From Octopus bimaculoides (Eukaryota): a stretch of DNA of 40,624 bases. The notes below the pieces were generated by a model that was given only the letters and a program-made list of their open reading frames with translations, did no database searches and had not been told where the DNA came from. Positions 22,598-34,640 of this stretch are shown here, piece after piece. The stretch spans positions 108,468,895 to 108,509,518 of the forward strand of contig NC_068981.1 of assembly GCF_001194135.2 (NCBI RefSeq), written 5' to 3'. Within the stretch, counting starts at the first letter, position 1, and each line of letters opens with the position of its first letter. The translations under genes and the position numbers were made by a program.

Positions 22598-22887
22598 ATT
22601 ACATTCTTTTGAAGCTGCAGTTTCATTTGGACAATTTTCCCATAAAAGTTCCGAGCGGAAGCTGAGTGCAAAGTAATAAAGGCACCAGGATATGATTGTA
22701 TTGTAGTAAATACAAACTATGTAGGATACCATTATACACGAATAACCAATACCTGTTAAATAAGGAGAAATCTGATCCCATGTACCGACTGGGCCTCTCC
22801 GCATGCGTTGGCCGAGAGCTACTTCCAAATAGAATATCGGAAGACCTTCTATAAACAACATTATAACATAAGGAAGTAGAAAAGCAC
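22598..22887 (-). CDS. SLC6A15-like: SLC6 transporter, exon B (TM2-TM3-EL2)
   Basis: ttgcag|GTGCT acceptor and TGTAAT|gtaagt donor; 290 nt, phase 1 to 0. Encodes GAFLLPYVIMLFIEGLPIFYLEVALGQRMRRG...YYNTIISWCLYY...WENCPNETAASKECN. Confidence 0.95.
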
Positions 22888-23327
22888 CTGCAATGAAATA
22901 AATTAATAGTATTTCACCACGTTCTTCAAAAGTGTCTATAAATTAATAAAATAAAACATGAGGTAGAAAATCAATGTTACGTAACAAGTTAATCTTGAAA
23001 TTATTACTTAAACTAGGTTTAACGAGATGTAAACAAACAAGAAATGGTCCTATTGTGTTCTTGTTGATTTTCTGATTTTTAAGTAGGTATGTGTCTAATC
23101 TTGGCTATTTCTCACGGAAGGGTTGATTGTAAATATTCTTTTTATCAGAACTGACACTGCAAAACATTTACTTGGACCGATATAAGCAGCAGTATTATTG
23201 TCTTTGTCGTTATACATAGAAATTGATAGTACAAATATTTAGTCGTTAAAAGAGATTACTGTGTATATTGATACATTTAAATTAACGGAATGTGAATTTA
23301 ATTGCTTGAGAAATTAGGAAATCTTAC

Positions 23328-23771
23328 CTCCACCATTCTTTTGAGCTAGATAAGGAAACCTCCAGACATTACCAAGACCGACAGCTAAACCGATTGCAGC
23401 TAGTAAATACTGGACTTTGTTGTCCCACGAATCTCTAGTCTCGTCTGTGAAAATTAACTCATCCGTCGATTGTCTTAGTGTGACAGCGGATGTGTACATC
23501 TCCGACGATATTCTCAGTTCATAAGGACCTCTCGGATCAGAAAAGACATTGGAAGATTGTACACTATCACTAACGCTGATATTGAGTGCCTCGCTGTACG
23601 AAGTACTCCTCCGCATACTAAAACTTTCCGAATCAGTATCATTTAAATCTGGTTTTTCGTTGTCCATTTTTGATTGGAAATCATCAAAATTCATGAATTT
23701 TTTATATATGAGCTGTCGACGATGAAGTCGGCGTTGTCTTTTGCGATTTAAAAGACCTCGAACAAGTTTAC
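23328..23771 (-). CDS. SLC6A15-like: SLC6 transporter, exon A (N-terminus, TM1)
   Basis: ttggcag|GT acceptor and GGAG|gtaag donor (phase 1). In-frame ATGs at 23694 and 23667. Encodes [37 protein letters not shown]; Gly rather than Asp in TM1 indicates an amino-acid, not monoamine, transporter. True start uncertain. Confidence 0.92.
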
Positions 23772-24296
23772 CTGCCAACAATAAATGTAAAGATATACAG
23801 ACACTTATTCAGAATAAAAAATTGTTCTATTGGGTCATAGCTACCAACAATAATTGTAAACAAAATATCTTTCGTTACATAATAATTACAAGCACCAAAT
23901 TCTTTGCCGTTATTACTATCACGTGTAGAGAGGCAATCTCGTTGAGGAATACTAATCAATTCCATTAATTAAATGCCTAAGCTGGAAATTTTAAATGTGA
24001 TTTGAAAAGTGCATCGTCAAATATTTTACTACAACCACCGTGTTTTCATCACATTTTGAAGACTCGATTTAAATTGCTTACTATCAACCTATTGATGCAG
24101 TAGCAAAGATTTTGTTCCACTACAAAACAGCTCAATAGCTACACACTATTAGGTTTGAAGATATTTCATTAAGCTGAGAGCAACTCACTCGATTACACTA
24201 GAGAATCTGTTTTTCCTAGAAATGGCTGCAGCCGCTCTGCTGACCTGATTCAGACATCTCAAACAGAAACAACAGCAGTAGCATCAACAGCAACAA

Positions 24297-24505
<209 letters not shown>

Positions 24506-25364
24506 GGAGTGATAAAAAGACTTACAATGAAAATGCAGACTGGATTAAACGCACAGAAGGATCCTACCAAAACTTACCACAAATAGCATGGGAAGACATC
24601 ACAATAGCCAACCTAAGGATAACACTCATGAAGGCTCATAAGTGGAAATCTCCTGGTAATGATAAGGTGCCAAATTTCTGGCTCGCATTGCTCCCGTACG
24701 CACACGAAAAGTTAGTTCAGTTATTCAATGAATTTATGAGAGATCCTACGAAAACACTTGATTGGTTAGCAAGAGTTATTACTTATCTACTCCCGAAGAA
24801 TAATGAAACCAAATGTCCCCAAAACTATCGGCCCATAACATATCTATCTACCACGTATAACATTTTAACATTCATCCTCGTGGAGAAAACATACAAATTT
24901 ATGGAACAGAACGATATTTTTCCCACTGAACAAAAATCGCATGATCCTTGAGAAAAGTCATAACAAGCGCAGAAGTTTCAGTTCCGCATGAATTGATTAT
25001 AAAAAGGCCTTTGACAGCACACCGCATTCATGCATCTTGAAATCGCTGGATATCTTCAAAATTTCTCCTGTGATTTCAAACTTCCTGAAGCACAATAAAT
25101 CAGTGTGGAATACGAATCTCCAATTATACTACTCTAATGGAGTAATGATCACAAAAAATATTAATACCAACTGCGGCATTTTCCAAGGTGACTCACTTTC
25201 ACCTTTAATTTTTTGCATAGCCCTAACACCCCTTACAAGTGAACTTTATAGAACAGGGTATGGATATAAAATTGGCGACAAAAAATTAAGTCATCTATTT
25301 TATATGGATGACTTAAAACTCTGTGACAAAGACGATAATGAGCTCGAAGGACTACTATGTACTG
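24506..25364 (+). mobile_element. R4/Dong-like LINE RT fragment (family C), runs into gap
   Basis: WKSPGNDKVPNFWL, NYRPITYLST, IDYKKAFDSTPHS, GIFQGDSLSPLIFCIAL and SHLFYMDDLKL. Confidence 0.88.
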
Positions 25365-26155
25365 NNNNNNNNNNNNNNNNNNNNNNNNNNNNNNNNNNNN
25401 NNNNNNNNNNNNNNNNNNNNNNNNNNNNNNNNNNNNNNNNNNNNNNNNNNNNNNNNNNNNNNNNNNNNNNNNNNNNNNNNNNNNNNNNNNNNNNNNNNNN
25501 NNNNNNNNNNNNNNNNNNNNNNNNNNNNNNNNNNNNNNNNNNNNNNNNNNNNNNNNNNNNNNNNNNNNNNNNNNNNNNNNNNNNNNNNNNNNNNNNNNNN
25601 NNNNNNNNNNNNNNNNNNNNNNNNNNNNNNNNNNNNNNNNNNNNNNNNNNNNNNNNNNNNNNNNNNNNNNNNNNNNNNNNNNNNNNNNNNNNNNNNNNNN
25701 NNNNNNNNNNNNNNNNNNNNNNNNNNNNNNNNNNNNNNNNNNNNNNNNNNNNNNNNNNNNNNNNNNNNNNNNNNNNNNNNNNNNNNNNNNNNNNNNNNNN
25801 NNNNNNNNNNNNNNNNNNNNNNNNNNNNNNNNNNNNNNNNNNNNNNNNNNNNNNNNNNNNNNNNNNNNNNNNNNNNNNNNNNNNNNNNNNNNNNNNNNNN
25901 NNNNNNNNNNNNNNNNNNNNNNNNNNNNNNNNNNNNNNNNNNNNNNNNNNNNNNNNNNNNNNNNNNNNNNNNNNNNNNNNNNNNNNNNNNNNNNNNNNNN
26001 NNNNNNNNNNNNNNNNNNNNNNNNNNNNNNNNNNNNNNNNNNNNNNNNNNNNNNNNNNNNNNNGACTGACATATAAAATTTTGAACCCGTTGAAGGTACA
26101 CGAGATATCGAAATATTGTTCAGCAAATTTAATTATGGAACTCTTCTTCTTTATT

Positions 26156-26156
<1 letters not shown>

Positions 26157-26245
<89 letters not shown>
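26157..26245. repeat. (TAA)n tract
   Basis: Directly visible. Confidence 0.95.
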
Positions 26246-26246
<1 letters not shown>

Positions 26247-26779
26247 ATGCCATGATGCAGTACCAGATACTGGTTTTCATGACTTCTGTTCTTAACTGAT
26301 TGGAAGTGTTATCATGTACAATGTTTTATCTTAATATAAAAGATGTGCGACAGCAAATATTCTGTTCAATAGCATAGATTTGCTGGTCAGTTGTTTGACC
26401 TTAACCACTTGAGCATGTCCCTTGATAGTTGACGATATGTGCATCTCTGATCATGAGCAGAAGTATTGGGGAGCATCATAGCCATGTGTTAAGGGGAGTT
26501 CTTTGGGGTTTAAATAATTCACCTTATTGGTGTTTCATTCAACATCCTTAAGCAACTCTTACTCGGAACCTTTGAGTGGGTTGGGCTACCCAACCTGAAG
26601 AAAATTTTAAATGACCTGAAAGGTCATGTGCTGATTATCGAGATAACCATATTGCGCAAATATGGTTGTGATGCATGTGCCTTGTGAACCCTTATCAGAC
26701 GAGTAGTCATGATGGGTATACTGGGCTTAGGATATTTTACCCCAGTCCCACTTTGATGACATGCACTGCTCTCTCACTC
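26246..26779 (+). mobile_element. About 535-bp non-coding interspersed element bounded by (TAA)n on both sides
   Basis: Sharp ends (AATGCC...CTCTCACTC) within TAA repeats, a second partial copy at 17909-18235, no meaningful ORF and no recognisable Pol III A/B boxes. Confidence 0.8.
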
Positions 26780-26812
<33 letters not shown>

Positions 26813-29493
26813 CTCCGAAAAGACCGAAAAGAGAAAGGGGAGCTTAAAAGCGAATAAAAATACAGTGCGCTGAAAAGGAAGTATACTATTGAAAGAAAGG
26901 GCCTGAAAGTAGTAGTGGAGGAACTGAAACAGCGAGCGCCTCGTTGCAAAGAAAGCAAAGATGGTAAGATACGACTAAAGAATGAAGGGTTACCACGAGA
27001 ATAGGTTATTCAGAGTAGATCAGAAGAGATTCTGTATTGAAATAAATGGAGAGCGTACAGATGAAAGGTTGATACCAGATAACATGGGAAGTCAAAAGTT
27101 CTGGAGTGACATCTGGAGCAAAGATAAGGAGCACAAGAAGGATGCTGAATGGTTGCAATAACTGAAACGAACATTAGTCTGCCCAAAACAGGCAAAACTA
27201 CTCATTTTAGTTAGGGAAGTGAAGGAAATCAGCAAAAAAGAAAAAAAAAAAATGAGCAACTAGAAGCCCCAGGGAACAGATAGATTTCAAGGCTACTGGA
27301 TCAAAAGATTTAGTGAATATCATGTACGAATAGCTGCGCAACTCAACACCTTGTCAAATGCCGACCAAGTAACACCAGAGTGGTTGACATTGGGTAGGAC
27401 AGTGCTGTACCTGAAAAACATCAGAAAAGGCAATACGGTAGGCAATTACAGGCCGATATCCTGTTTGCGACTTATGTGGAAGTTATTGACTGGAATACTC
27501 GCAGAGTGAATGTGCGAACATCTGGAAAAAATGGAGTCCTGCCACATGAGCAGAAGGGTTGCAAGCGTAAGTGCAGAGGTACCAAGGATCAACTCCTGAT
27601 AGACAAAACTGTACTTAGAGACTGCAAGTGGAGGAAAAGTAACTTAGCCATGTCATGGATCGACTATCGTAAAGTGTACGATATGATCCCACATTCTTGG
27701 ATTATGGAGTGTATGAACCTATTTGGTATTGCATCGAATGTTGAGCAATTGCTTGGAAAAAGTATGGCGAATTGGAGGATGGACCTGACAGCATACGGAA
27801 GAAGTTTAGGGACAGTAGAAATTAGGAGGGCATCTTCCAAGTGAACTGCCTGTCCCCACTGATCTTTGTACTGTGCTTAATACCACTAACACTAATTCTG
27901 AGGAAAGCAAAAGCTGGGTATGTATTCAAAAGCTTCCAACAAAATGTCAGCCATTTGTTATTCATGGATGACCTCAAACTTTATGGTAAAAATAAAGCCC
28001 AAGTCAGTTCCCTCGTTGATACGGTGTATACCTTCAGTGCTGATATCAGAATGGAGTTCGGACTGAGAAAGTGAGGTGTGTTAGTTTTGAAGAGAGGCAA
28101 AATCAAATGTATGGACGGGCTAACGATACCGTCGTGGGAGGTTATGAAGTAGATAGAAGAGACAGGTTATAAGTACTTGGGGATACTGGAAATGGATAAA
28201 TTGATGGAGAAAGAAATGACAGAAAAATTTAAGGTGGAGTACTTGCGCAGACTGAGACTGATCCTTAAGTCGAAATTCAATGGACGGAATAAGATTGAAG
28301 CTATCAACACCTGGGCGGTTTCACTCCTTAGATATGGAGCAGGGGTAATTGTATGGACAGTAGACGAACTAAACAGCTTAGACAGAAAGACAAGGAAGTT
28401 GCTAACTAGATATGGGTCACTTCACTCAAAAAGTGACATAGACAGACTGTATGTAACAAGAAAAAGAGGGGGAAAAGAACTTATTGGATGCGAACACAGC
28501 ATTAGAGCAGAAGAAAACAACATAGCATGGTATGTAAAAAAATGCCACAGAACCGCTATTAATAGAAGTAAGAAGGTCAGGCTTGTGTAGGATGAAAGGT
28601 TGCAAAGATAAAGCACTAGACAAGAAATTGAAAACGAATGAAACTGAAAATAGATGGGTAAAGAAAGAATGCATAATCAATTTCATAGGGATGTTGAAGA
28701 TAAGACAGACAGAGAAAAAAGATGGCTGTGGATGACTAAAAGTGATTTAAAACAGGAAACGGAAGCTCTAATCTGTGTTACCTAAGAGCAAGCACTAAGA
28801 ACAAACTTCATAAAATACAGAATAGACAACACAGCAGAAAGTGATAAGTGCAGAATCTGTGGACAAAACGGTGAAACCGTATGACATATTACCAGCCAAT
28901 GTACGCCACTAGCCCAGAAGGAATATAAGAGACGCCATGACAATATAGCCAGGCTTATCCATTGGACACTTTGCAACAAGTATGAACTTGACAAAGCAAA
29001 TAATTGGTACGACCACAAACCTGAAGGCATCGTCGAAAATAGAAATGCAAAGGTCCTATGGGATCTTATGATTCAGTGCGACCATGAGATAGAGAATAGG
29101 AAGCCAGATATAATCTTAATTGAGAAAGAAAATAAACTATGCTGGATCGTAGATATAGCATGCCCAGCTGACAACAAGGTATGCGATAAGGAAGAAAGAA
29201 AAGTCGAGAGATATGATAGGTTAGCTTGGGAAGTTAAGCAGTTGTGGTCGATGAAAATGGTAGCAGTAGTACCAATAATTGTCGGAGCCCTGGGAACAGT
29301 GAGCAAAAATCTCGAGAATTACGTGGAACAAATAGGAGATGCAATAAGAGTAGAGCACTTGGAGAAAACAGTACTGCTCGGAACCGCTCGAATACTCCGG
29401 AAGGTGCTCGAAAAATAAGATGTGTTACCTTAGTCCACTGGTAGTGAACAGCTAACACTCTTGTACATCTCCAGCGTTAGAAACTATGCAAAG

Positions 29494-29495
<2 letters not shown>
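26813..29495 (+). mobile_element. R4/Dong-like RT+CCHC+RLE LINE, family A, long 5'-truncated copy
   Basis: [50 protein letters not shown] and RKPDIILIEK...DIACPAD...VPIIVGALG...RILRKVLEK* (29418). Many stops and frameshifts. Confidence 0.92.
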
Positions 29496-29536
<41 letters not shown>

Positions 29537-29554
29537 CGACAATAATAATAATGA

Positions 29555-29643
<89 letters not shown>
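29496..29643. repeat. Compound (AAC)n(TAA)n(CTA)n(TAA)n tract
   Basis: Directly visible; lies between two LINE copies. Confidence 0.95.
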
Positions 29644-29645
<2 letters not shown>

Positions 29646-31200
29646 CCACAAATTCTGGAGAAGTCAATATCAATTATGCGATCTTCCAAGGAGACTCATT
29701 ATCTCCTTTATAATTCTGTTTGGTGTTTTTTCCCTGCTAAGTAAACTTCCGAATGAAACCAATCATGGATATAATAAGGTGTATAGTAAAAACTATCAAT
29801 AACCTTTATACGGATGACTTGAAACTTTTTGCGAAAATGAATCAACGACTGCAAGCACCCATTCGCATAATTAAGCAATTTAATGATGACATCAAAATTG
29901 AAGGCTACATTTGTTTCAAGGAAAAACTATTAAACACATGCAATATCACTCTAGATAGAAATACTGAAATAAAAGTTTGAGAACCTAAGGGAAATTATAA
30001 GTATTTAGGAGACTGTGAAAGAGATAGAATTAGGCATTCACTATATGACAGAAAAGATAAGAAAGGAGTGCTGTCGTAGAGTAAGAGCTATTCTGAAAAC
30101 CGAGGTGAATGCCAGAAACAAAATTGAAACCATAAACACGTAAGCCATGCCTGTGATCAGATACACTGTCAATGTTATAAGCTGATCTATCTATGAGAAC
30201 AACAAAGTTAATGTCAAAATCTCAAAGCTGATGAAAATGCATCATATGCATTACCCAAAAGCGAACATATATTGAATATAAGTTCCGAAAGAAAAGGCGG
30301 TCGGGGTTTAACACAATTTTAACTCCCATTGAAAATTGCAACCATGATACTTTCTGCCTACCTGCAACAAGAAAGCAATTGGATGTTAACAATGGTTCTG
30401 AAACGTTAAAATACCAAAATGTTGTATTCAGTGCCAAAAAACAATAATATACCTTCAAGAAATGCAGCTGGAAGAACCAGTACCCAAAGAAAATGTGTCC
30501 CCAACTGAAAAGGCAAAACAAATAAAAGACATTGCCAAACAAACCAGTATCCAATGCATTAAGGAAAAATAGAAGCAAAAGCCATTGTATAGCAAAATCC
30601 AGATTAGCATCAGAGACTCTGATGTAGACAAAACCCTTAACCATCAATGGCTGAGATACTCCTGTCTCAAACCCAAAACTGAGCAGTGTGTTATCACAAC
30701 TCATGATCAATACCTTCTTACTAGAAATTAACAGCGTAATGTTGTGAAACATAAATGCAGCCCTTCGCGTCACGTATGCGGAGAACATCCAGAGACAATC
30801 GATCATGAAATCCTTTGATGCGGCCAAGTAGCACCAACAGAGTGCTTACAAAGATATGAAAAAGTAACTCAATAGATACACTCACAAAAGAGAATTGGTG
30901 GGAACATAAAACCGCAAAAAGATACTCTGAATGCTAGAGTTGCTATCTTTGGAAATTTCAGTGCTCAGATTGATCGGAAAATTCGGGCTAACCAACCAGA
31001 CATCGTTGTGAAAAATCATGTTGGAAAGACGTGTCTTGTGGTTGAAGGTGCTGCTCCAGCTGACAAAAATACATCTCTGAAAAATGTTTCTGAAATTGAT
31101 CAAACATAAGGACTTGGAGATTGAAATCTGAAGAATGTAACATCTCAAAACAATACGTTGTCATTGAAGCACTTGGAATGATATCATACAAATACATATA
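29644..31200 (+). mobile_element. R4/Dong-like LINE, degraded 3' half (family D)
   Basis: IFQGDSLSPL, DDLKLF, NARNKIETINT, IVAKSRL (LYSK motif region) and NQPDIVVKNHVGKTCLVVE (RLE). Confidence 0.8.
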
Positions 31201-31432
31201 AACAGAGAGAGAGAGAGGTAAGGAAGGGAGAGAGAGAGAGAAGGAAAGAGAGACATGGAAAGGGAGAAAAACTGATACACCAGACAATAGTAATGGTGAA
31301 TAGCGTTAAGATCGTGTGAAGTAAAAGAGTCTAGCGAAAGGTGACACAAAATGTAAGGATGCTTAACTTCAAATTCTAATTTACAAAACTTGATCTATTA
31401 TTATGCGTATTCATGAGGCAAGACTGGACCTC

Positions 31433-31508
31433 CCCCACCACCACTACCACCACCACCACTACCACCACCACCACTACCACCACCACCACTACCACCACCA
31501 CCACTACC
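31433..31508. repeat. (CCA)4CTA higher-order trinucleotide repeat, runs into gap
   Basis: 15-bp unit CCACCACCACCACTA repeated about five times. Confidence 0.9.
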
Positions 31509-32679
31509 NNNNNNNNNNNNNNNNNNNNNNNNNNNNNNNNNNNNNNNNNNNNNNNNNNNNNNNNNNNNNNNNNNNNNNNNNNNNNNNNNNNNNNNNNNNN
31601 NNNNNNNNNNNNNNNNNNNNNNNNNNNNNNNNNNNNNNNNNNNNNNNNNNNNNNNNNNNNNNNNNNNNNNNNNNNNNNNNNNNNNNNNNNNNNNNNNNNN
31701 NNNNNNNNNNNNNNNNNNNNNNNNNNNNNNNNNNNNNNNNNNNNNNNNNNNNNNNNNNNNNNNNNNNNNNNNNNNNNNNNNNNNNNNNNNNNNNNNNNNN
31801 NNNNNNNNNNNNNNNNNNNNNNNNNNNNNNNNNNNNNNNNNNNNNNNNNNNNNNNNNNNNNNNNNNNNNNNNNNNNNNNNNNNNNNNNNNNNNNNNNNNN
31901 NNNNNNNNNNNNNNNNNNNNNNNNNNNNNNNNNNNNNNNNNNNNNNNNNNNNNNNNNNNNNNNNNNNNNNNNNNNNNNNNNNNNNNNNNNNNNNNNNNNN
32001 NNNNNNNNNNNNNNNNNNNNNNNNNNNNNNNNNNNNNNNNNNNNNNNNNNNNNNNNNNNNNNNNNNNNNNNNNNNNNNNNNNNNNNNNNNNNTATATAAT
32101 GGATTGAACAGGATTCATTAGAAAGCAATGCAATTGTTCAACGCATCATTCTTAGTTGTTAATTGCTGAACATTACATGAATTATATGCAATATTGTACT
32201 AATTCAAAAATAGCTGTAAACATGCGCATCCTCGGGTGACCAGAGTCAGAGCACTGCTATATCATCATTAGTCATTCTATGTTGTATACCCACTTCAAAT
32301 ACTATTTTCAGCATTCCTCTGACAAAGACGAACAAGATCATACTCAGAAATACACATAAGAAAAAACAACAAAATCAATTTAAGGGGAAAAGTAAGAATA
32401 AAGAAATCGCATATTCATTCGATGGTTAATCACAGACTTGTTTGCAATTTTAAGAAAATAAAAAAATACAATATATGAAAATGCGAATGTCATAAAAAGG
32501 TAACCGTCTCTTGTGTCTGTTCCCGTTCCACTACAAAGAAACCCACTGCACTTCCTTAATTCTGCGTGATACCGAAATCTGTCACCTTACAGACTTAATT
32601 TTAGATAAATAGTAACACTATCACCGTCTTTACCCTGTTTTTTTTTTCAAGTTAAAGTAACAAATTTAATTGTACGTAC

Positions 32680-33237
32680 ACGCAGTGGCCCAGGAATGAA
32701 ACTTGCTTATTGGGTGCAAATCCAGGTCCAACATTTTCATGAACAAGGTAGGCAGATTTCGTCATATTGATGTCACGACGGTTAGTGTGTAAAATGCTTA
32801 AATTTTGCTTGAGAAATAAAATGCTCTTACCTAATCAAAATCTGAAACCCTGGGGAATTAAAACAATGAATTGAAATAATAAGTTTTAGCAAATCAAAAC
32901 AATTCGCATTGAAATGAAGAATTAGCAAATGCTAAATAAATTACCCTTAATAAGCTGTCTGTTTATACCCATGAAACATTTTTCGTCAAATTTCGGCATT
33001 TTTCGTCAAATTTTGGCATTTTTCGTCAAATTGATGTCACAATGGCTAGTGCGAAAAATGCCGTAATTTTGCGATTTTTGAAAAATCGATTAAAAAAATT
33101 CTAAGTGCGTAAGTGACTGCATGGACATAAGCCCCCCACCACATGTGTCAAATTTCATCAAGGTCTGTTGGATAGTCTCGAAGGAGCTAAAGTAACAAAT
33201 TCACAAACACACAAACTTGCCATTTATTATTATAGAT
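32680..33237 (+). mobile_element. Non-autonomous Helitron/Helentron-like element
   Basis: Terminus ...AAATTTCATCAAGG...ACAAACACACAAACTTGCCATTTATTATTATAGAT resembles Lep1/DINE-type ends. Internal 20-bp tandem repeat at 32977-33032. The 5' end is uncertain. Confidence 0.5.
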
Positions 33238-34160
33238 ATACTTTTAAGATTGGGTTGGTGGGGTTATGGCATGGAGGTGGTCATGGACGGGATTGTGGAG
33301 GAGGTGGTCATGCCCGGGGATGTGAGGCTGAGAGTGGTAGTGGTGGGCAGGCCTCCCATATGCTACCTATGTGGAGAGAAAGGCCATATGAAGGTGAGGT
33401 GTCCCAGAGAGAAAAGAAGGAACAACAGATGAGGAGCAGGAGAGGGTGGACGAAGTGGTACAGGATGATGTGAAAGAGACGGCAATAACAGAGGAAGCAT
33501 TCATTCACAGTAGTTAAGAAACGAAAAAGAAAAGAAAGAGTAAGCTCTCCGCCAGAGAGGCAAAAAAAAGAAGTAGATAAGGAGATTTAGAAGAAGGTGG
33601 AGAAGGAGGTCGAAAAGGAGGTTGAGAAGGTGGTTGAGAAGGAGCTTGAAGAAGAGCTCGAGGAGGAGCTTGAGAAAGAGGAGACAGTAGCAAGGGTACT
33701 AGCTATATCAGTGGAGGAGGAAGATTTAGGCGGTATAGAAAGACAATAGCATGAAGGTGAAACAGCAACACTAAACCAAAATTGAGGTGGATAAAGACAG
33801 AGAGAAGGTGCTAAAAGTGGAGCAAGGAAAAGGCAAACAAGCGAGAAAGCCGAAAAAGCACAGGTGGAATTTCGTTACATACGCTTAGAACACAGCAACT
33901 GAAAGAAAGATAACGAAATTAAAATCTATTATAAGGGTTAAGTTGCCTACGGATATTTACTCGGAAAATGTGAAGGCTATTGTAATTGATAAAGACAGAT
34001 ATAACAGGTTAAAGGAAATGTGTGGAAGGGGCATTGATCCGCCGGTAGTTGTGGTGGAGTTTGACGAACTGCCGCCAGTGGTGGAATTAAGAGAACTGGA
34101 ACCATTTATGAGATATTAAAAAAAGTAAGTAAAATTGTTTCTTAAAAAAACAAAAACAAA
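33238..34160 (+). mobile_element. L1/Tx1-like ORF1 fragment with CCHC zinc knuckle and Glu/Lys-rich tail
   Basis: RLRVVVVGRPPICYLCGEKGHMKVRCP (knuckle at 33361-33402), a 12-bp-period EKEV/EEEL repeat near 33590-33690 and an A-rich end. Confidence 0.6.
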
Positions 34161-34410
34161 ACGATTATAATGGAAAAAACAAAGGAAAAAAGAAAATATA
34201 AACTGTGCGTAAAAACGTTCAAATGGTACTGCATCAGAGTGGGGCTCATGCAGCCATTTCATTTTCGTTATTATATAACATCGCTCTCATTTTGATTAGT
34301 TTTGTGTTTTTTGTCCCCACTGTGGTGTTCTGTCTGTCCTTGTGCTGTCTTCTCTGTGTAAAAGCCTGAGTGCTTAAATAAAGAAAATAGTTGACGGGGT
34401 AGCTTCACCG

Positions 34411-34626
34411 TGATGGTTTATCGTTTTAGCTCGACGTGTGTTGGTTTAACAGTCGATAGTTGAACAATGAATATAGCGTATCGTACCTACTGCGTGTCGC
34501 TCTTGTAGAACGGAGTGCGTTCTATGTTAACATATTTCTGCAATAAGCTATTTTTAGATAACCACAACCAACTGTTCATTTGTGTAATATAATTTTACAC
34601 CAGACGTGTCTACTCACATCATTACA
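34411..34626 (+). repeat. 5' LTR (portion shared with 3' LTR)
   Basis: TG...CA; aligns with 38507-38720 with about 18 differences in the first 120 bp. Confidence 0.85.
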
Positions 34627-34630
34627 TTTT

Positions 34631-34640
34631 TGGCGACGAG
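34631..34640 (+). promoter_or_regulatory. Primer-binding site (tRNA-Ser-type)
   Basis: TGGCGACGAG 4 nt after the LTR end, complementary to a tRNA 3' end CUCGUCGCCA (as in tRNA-Ser(GCU)). Confidence 0.75.

Noticed and set aside
25037-26299. Long ORFs with X runs (also 8928-9461, 31376-32133 and 39141-39572)
   Set aside because: Lengths are inflated by assembly gaps; only the RT part before 25365 and the PLE RT part of 8928-9020 are real.
32556-32594. Minus-strand VCKVTDFGIT resembling a kinase DFG motif
   Set aside because: Flanked by in-frame stops, with no convincing polypyrimidine acceptor and no other kinase exons; likely chance.
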